A stretch of 45,459 nucleotides of DNA from a virus (Duplodnaviria > Caudoviricetes), in IMG/VR virus record IMGVR_UViG_3300016667_001153, positions 1-45,459 of that record; one strand, given 5' to 3'. Of the stretch, positions 44,609-45,459 are shown in pieces. Both the position numbers and the translations under genes were made by a program. Each line of letters begins with the position of its first letter. Position 1 is the first letter of the stretch. A model generated the notes under the pieces. That model was given only the letters and a program-made list of their open reading frames with translations. It was not told the DNA's origin and made no database searches.

Positions 44609-45157
44609 ATGATCAACTTCGACGCCATCCTGAACGCCAACGAGACCCGCACCGCGAACCCCAAGAACCTGCCCTCCGGCAAGTACCAGGCCACGGTCAG
44701 CGGCGTCAACCTCTCCGAGAAGAGCGGCATCCCGACCGTGTGGATCAACTTCACGGTGAAGAACGACAAGATCAACGGCAGCAGCTCCCTCCGCTGCGAG
44801 CCCGGTCGTGTCGACAAGAAGGGCTTCGCCGACGCGTACTCGATCCGTGACTTCATCTCCATCTTCAACCCGGAGAACGGCATGCGCTTCTACGAGGCGT
44901 ACGAGAAGTCCGTCCGCGCCGTGGCCAAGAAGAGCGAGAGCGACTTCATGGCCGCGAAGGACGCGATGTTCTCCATCTGCAGCACCGTCGAGGGGCTGGA
45001 GTTCTACGGGAACTTCAAGTGGAACAAGTCCAACGACGGGCGCATGTTCCTGAACTACCGCGCGGACGACACCGAGGTCGCTCCGATGCCGGTCGACACC
45101 ACCGAGGAGCCGGCGGAGACGAAGTCCCCGTCCCGGCGCACGCTCGTCAAGAAGTGA
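44609..45157 (+). CDS. putative ssDNA-binding protein (DUF669-like, 182 aa)
   Basis: LPSGKYQATVSGV...KSG.P....FTV N-terminal signature, strong codon bias, flexible C-terminal tail. Confidence 0.65.
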   Translation: MINFDAILNANETRTANPKNLPSGKYQATVSGVNLSEKSGIPTVWINFTVKNDKINGSSSLRCEPGRVDKKGFADAYSIRDFISIFNPENGMRFYEAYEKSVRAVAKKSESDFMAAKDAMFSICSTVEGLEFYGNFKWNKSNDGRMFLNYRADDTEVAPMPVDTTEEPAETKSPSRRTLVKK

Positions 45158-45256
45158 CCGAACCATCCGCCACGCACGGGTGGGGATCCGAAGCGTTCCC
45201 CACCCGCGCGCGGCGCGCACAGCAATGTCAGCAGTCAACGAAGCAGGAAGGAAACA

Positions 45257-45459
45257 ATGACGGACACAATCGACCAGGACATCGCCTTCTACTCGATCCT
45301 CGCCTCCAACATGCCCATCTCCGGTTCCGTGGCACGCGAATCGCGCTGGGAATCGGGCATGCAGCACTCGCTCTCCGTCCACATGTGCCACACGGACGAA
45401 GACGGCAACGCCATCGACGACCACCGCATCTCCATGGAATTCCACGCGCTCGACGATGC
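45257..45459 (+). CDS. 5' part of a hypothetical protein, truncated by the window edge
   Basis: RBS AGGAAGGA; open frame MTDTIDQDIAFYSILASN.. to the window end. Confidence 0.7.
   Translation, partial: MTDTIDQDIAFYSILASNMPISGSVARESRWESGMQHSLSVHMCHTDEDGNAIDDHRISMEFHALDD

Noticed and set aside
1-45459. Window as a complete circular genome
   Set aside because: The terminal ORF start (MTDTIDQD..) does not look like the missing UDG N-terminus and I saw no terminal repeat, so sequence is probably missing.

Overview
The window is most of the genome of a high-GC tailed dsDNA bacteriophage with podovirus-like organisation; both window ends cut through genes. The + strand (1-11805) carries a partial uracil-DNA glycosylase, a strongly divergent family-A DNA polymerase, an ERCC4 nuclease, a tandem pair of paralogous Ser/Thr/Gly-rich proteins, a membrane/lysis-like cassette (holin-like protein, lipoprotein with u-spanin topology, small TM protein), a metallophosphoesterase, an HExxH protein and a recombination module (PD-(D/E)xK nuclease, Sak4-like ATPase, SSB-like protein). 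The - strand (40065 down to 11775) is one long virion block: terminase, portal, scaffold, major capsid, Dps/ferritin-like protein, a cluster of small basic proteins, adaptor, Cys-rich tail genes, tail protein and large internal/ejection proteins. A D5-type SF3 helicase without primase domain is transcribed divergently (40146-41546). It is followed by an origin/terminus-like non-coding region and then small early genes. The most notable signals are (i) a repeated intergenic structured element with compensatory base changes between the early genes, (ii) a PolA with an atypical O-helix and shortened fingers, and (iii) a lysis-like cassette with no recognisable endolysin, preceded by a duplicated unknown protein. 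I saw no integrase, RNA polymerase, primase, tRNA, CRISPR array or reverse transcriptase. All family names come from motif recognition by eye, not from database searches. A Planctomycetota host is only a guess.
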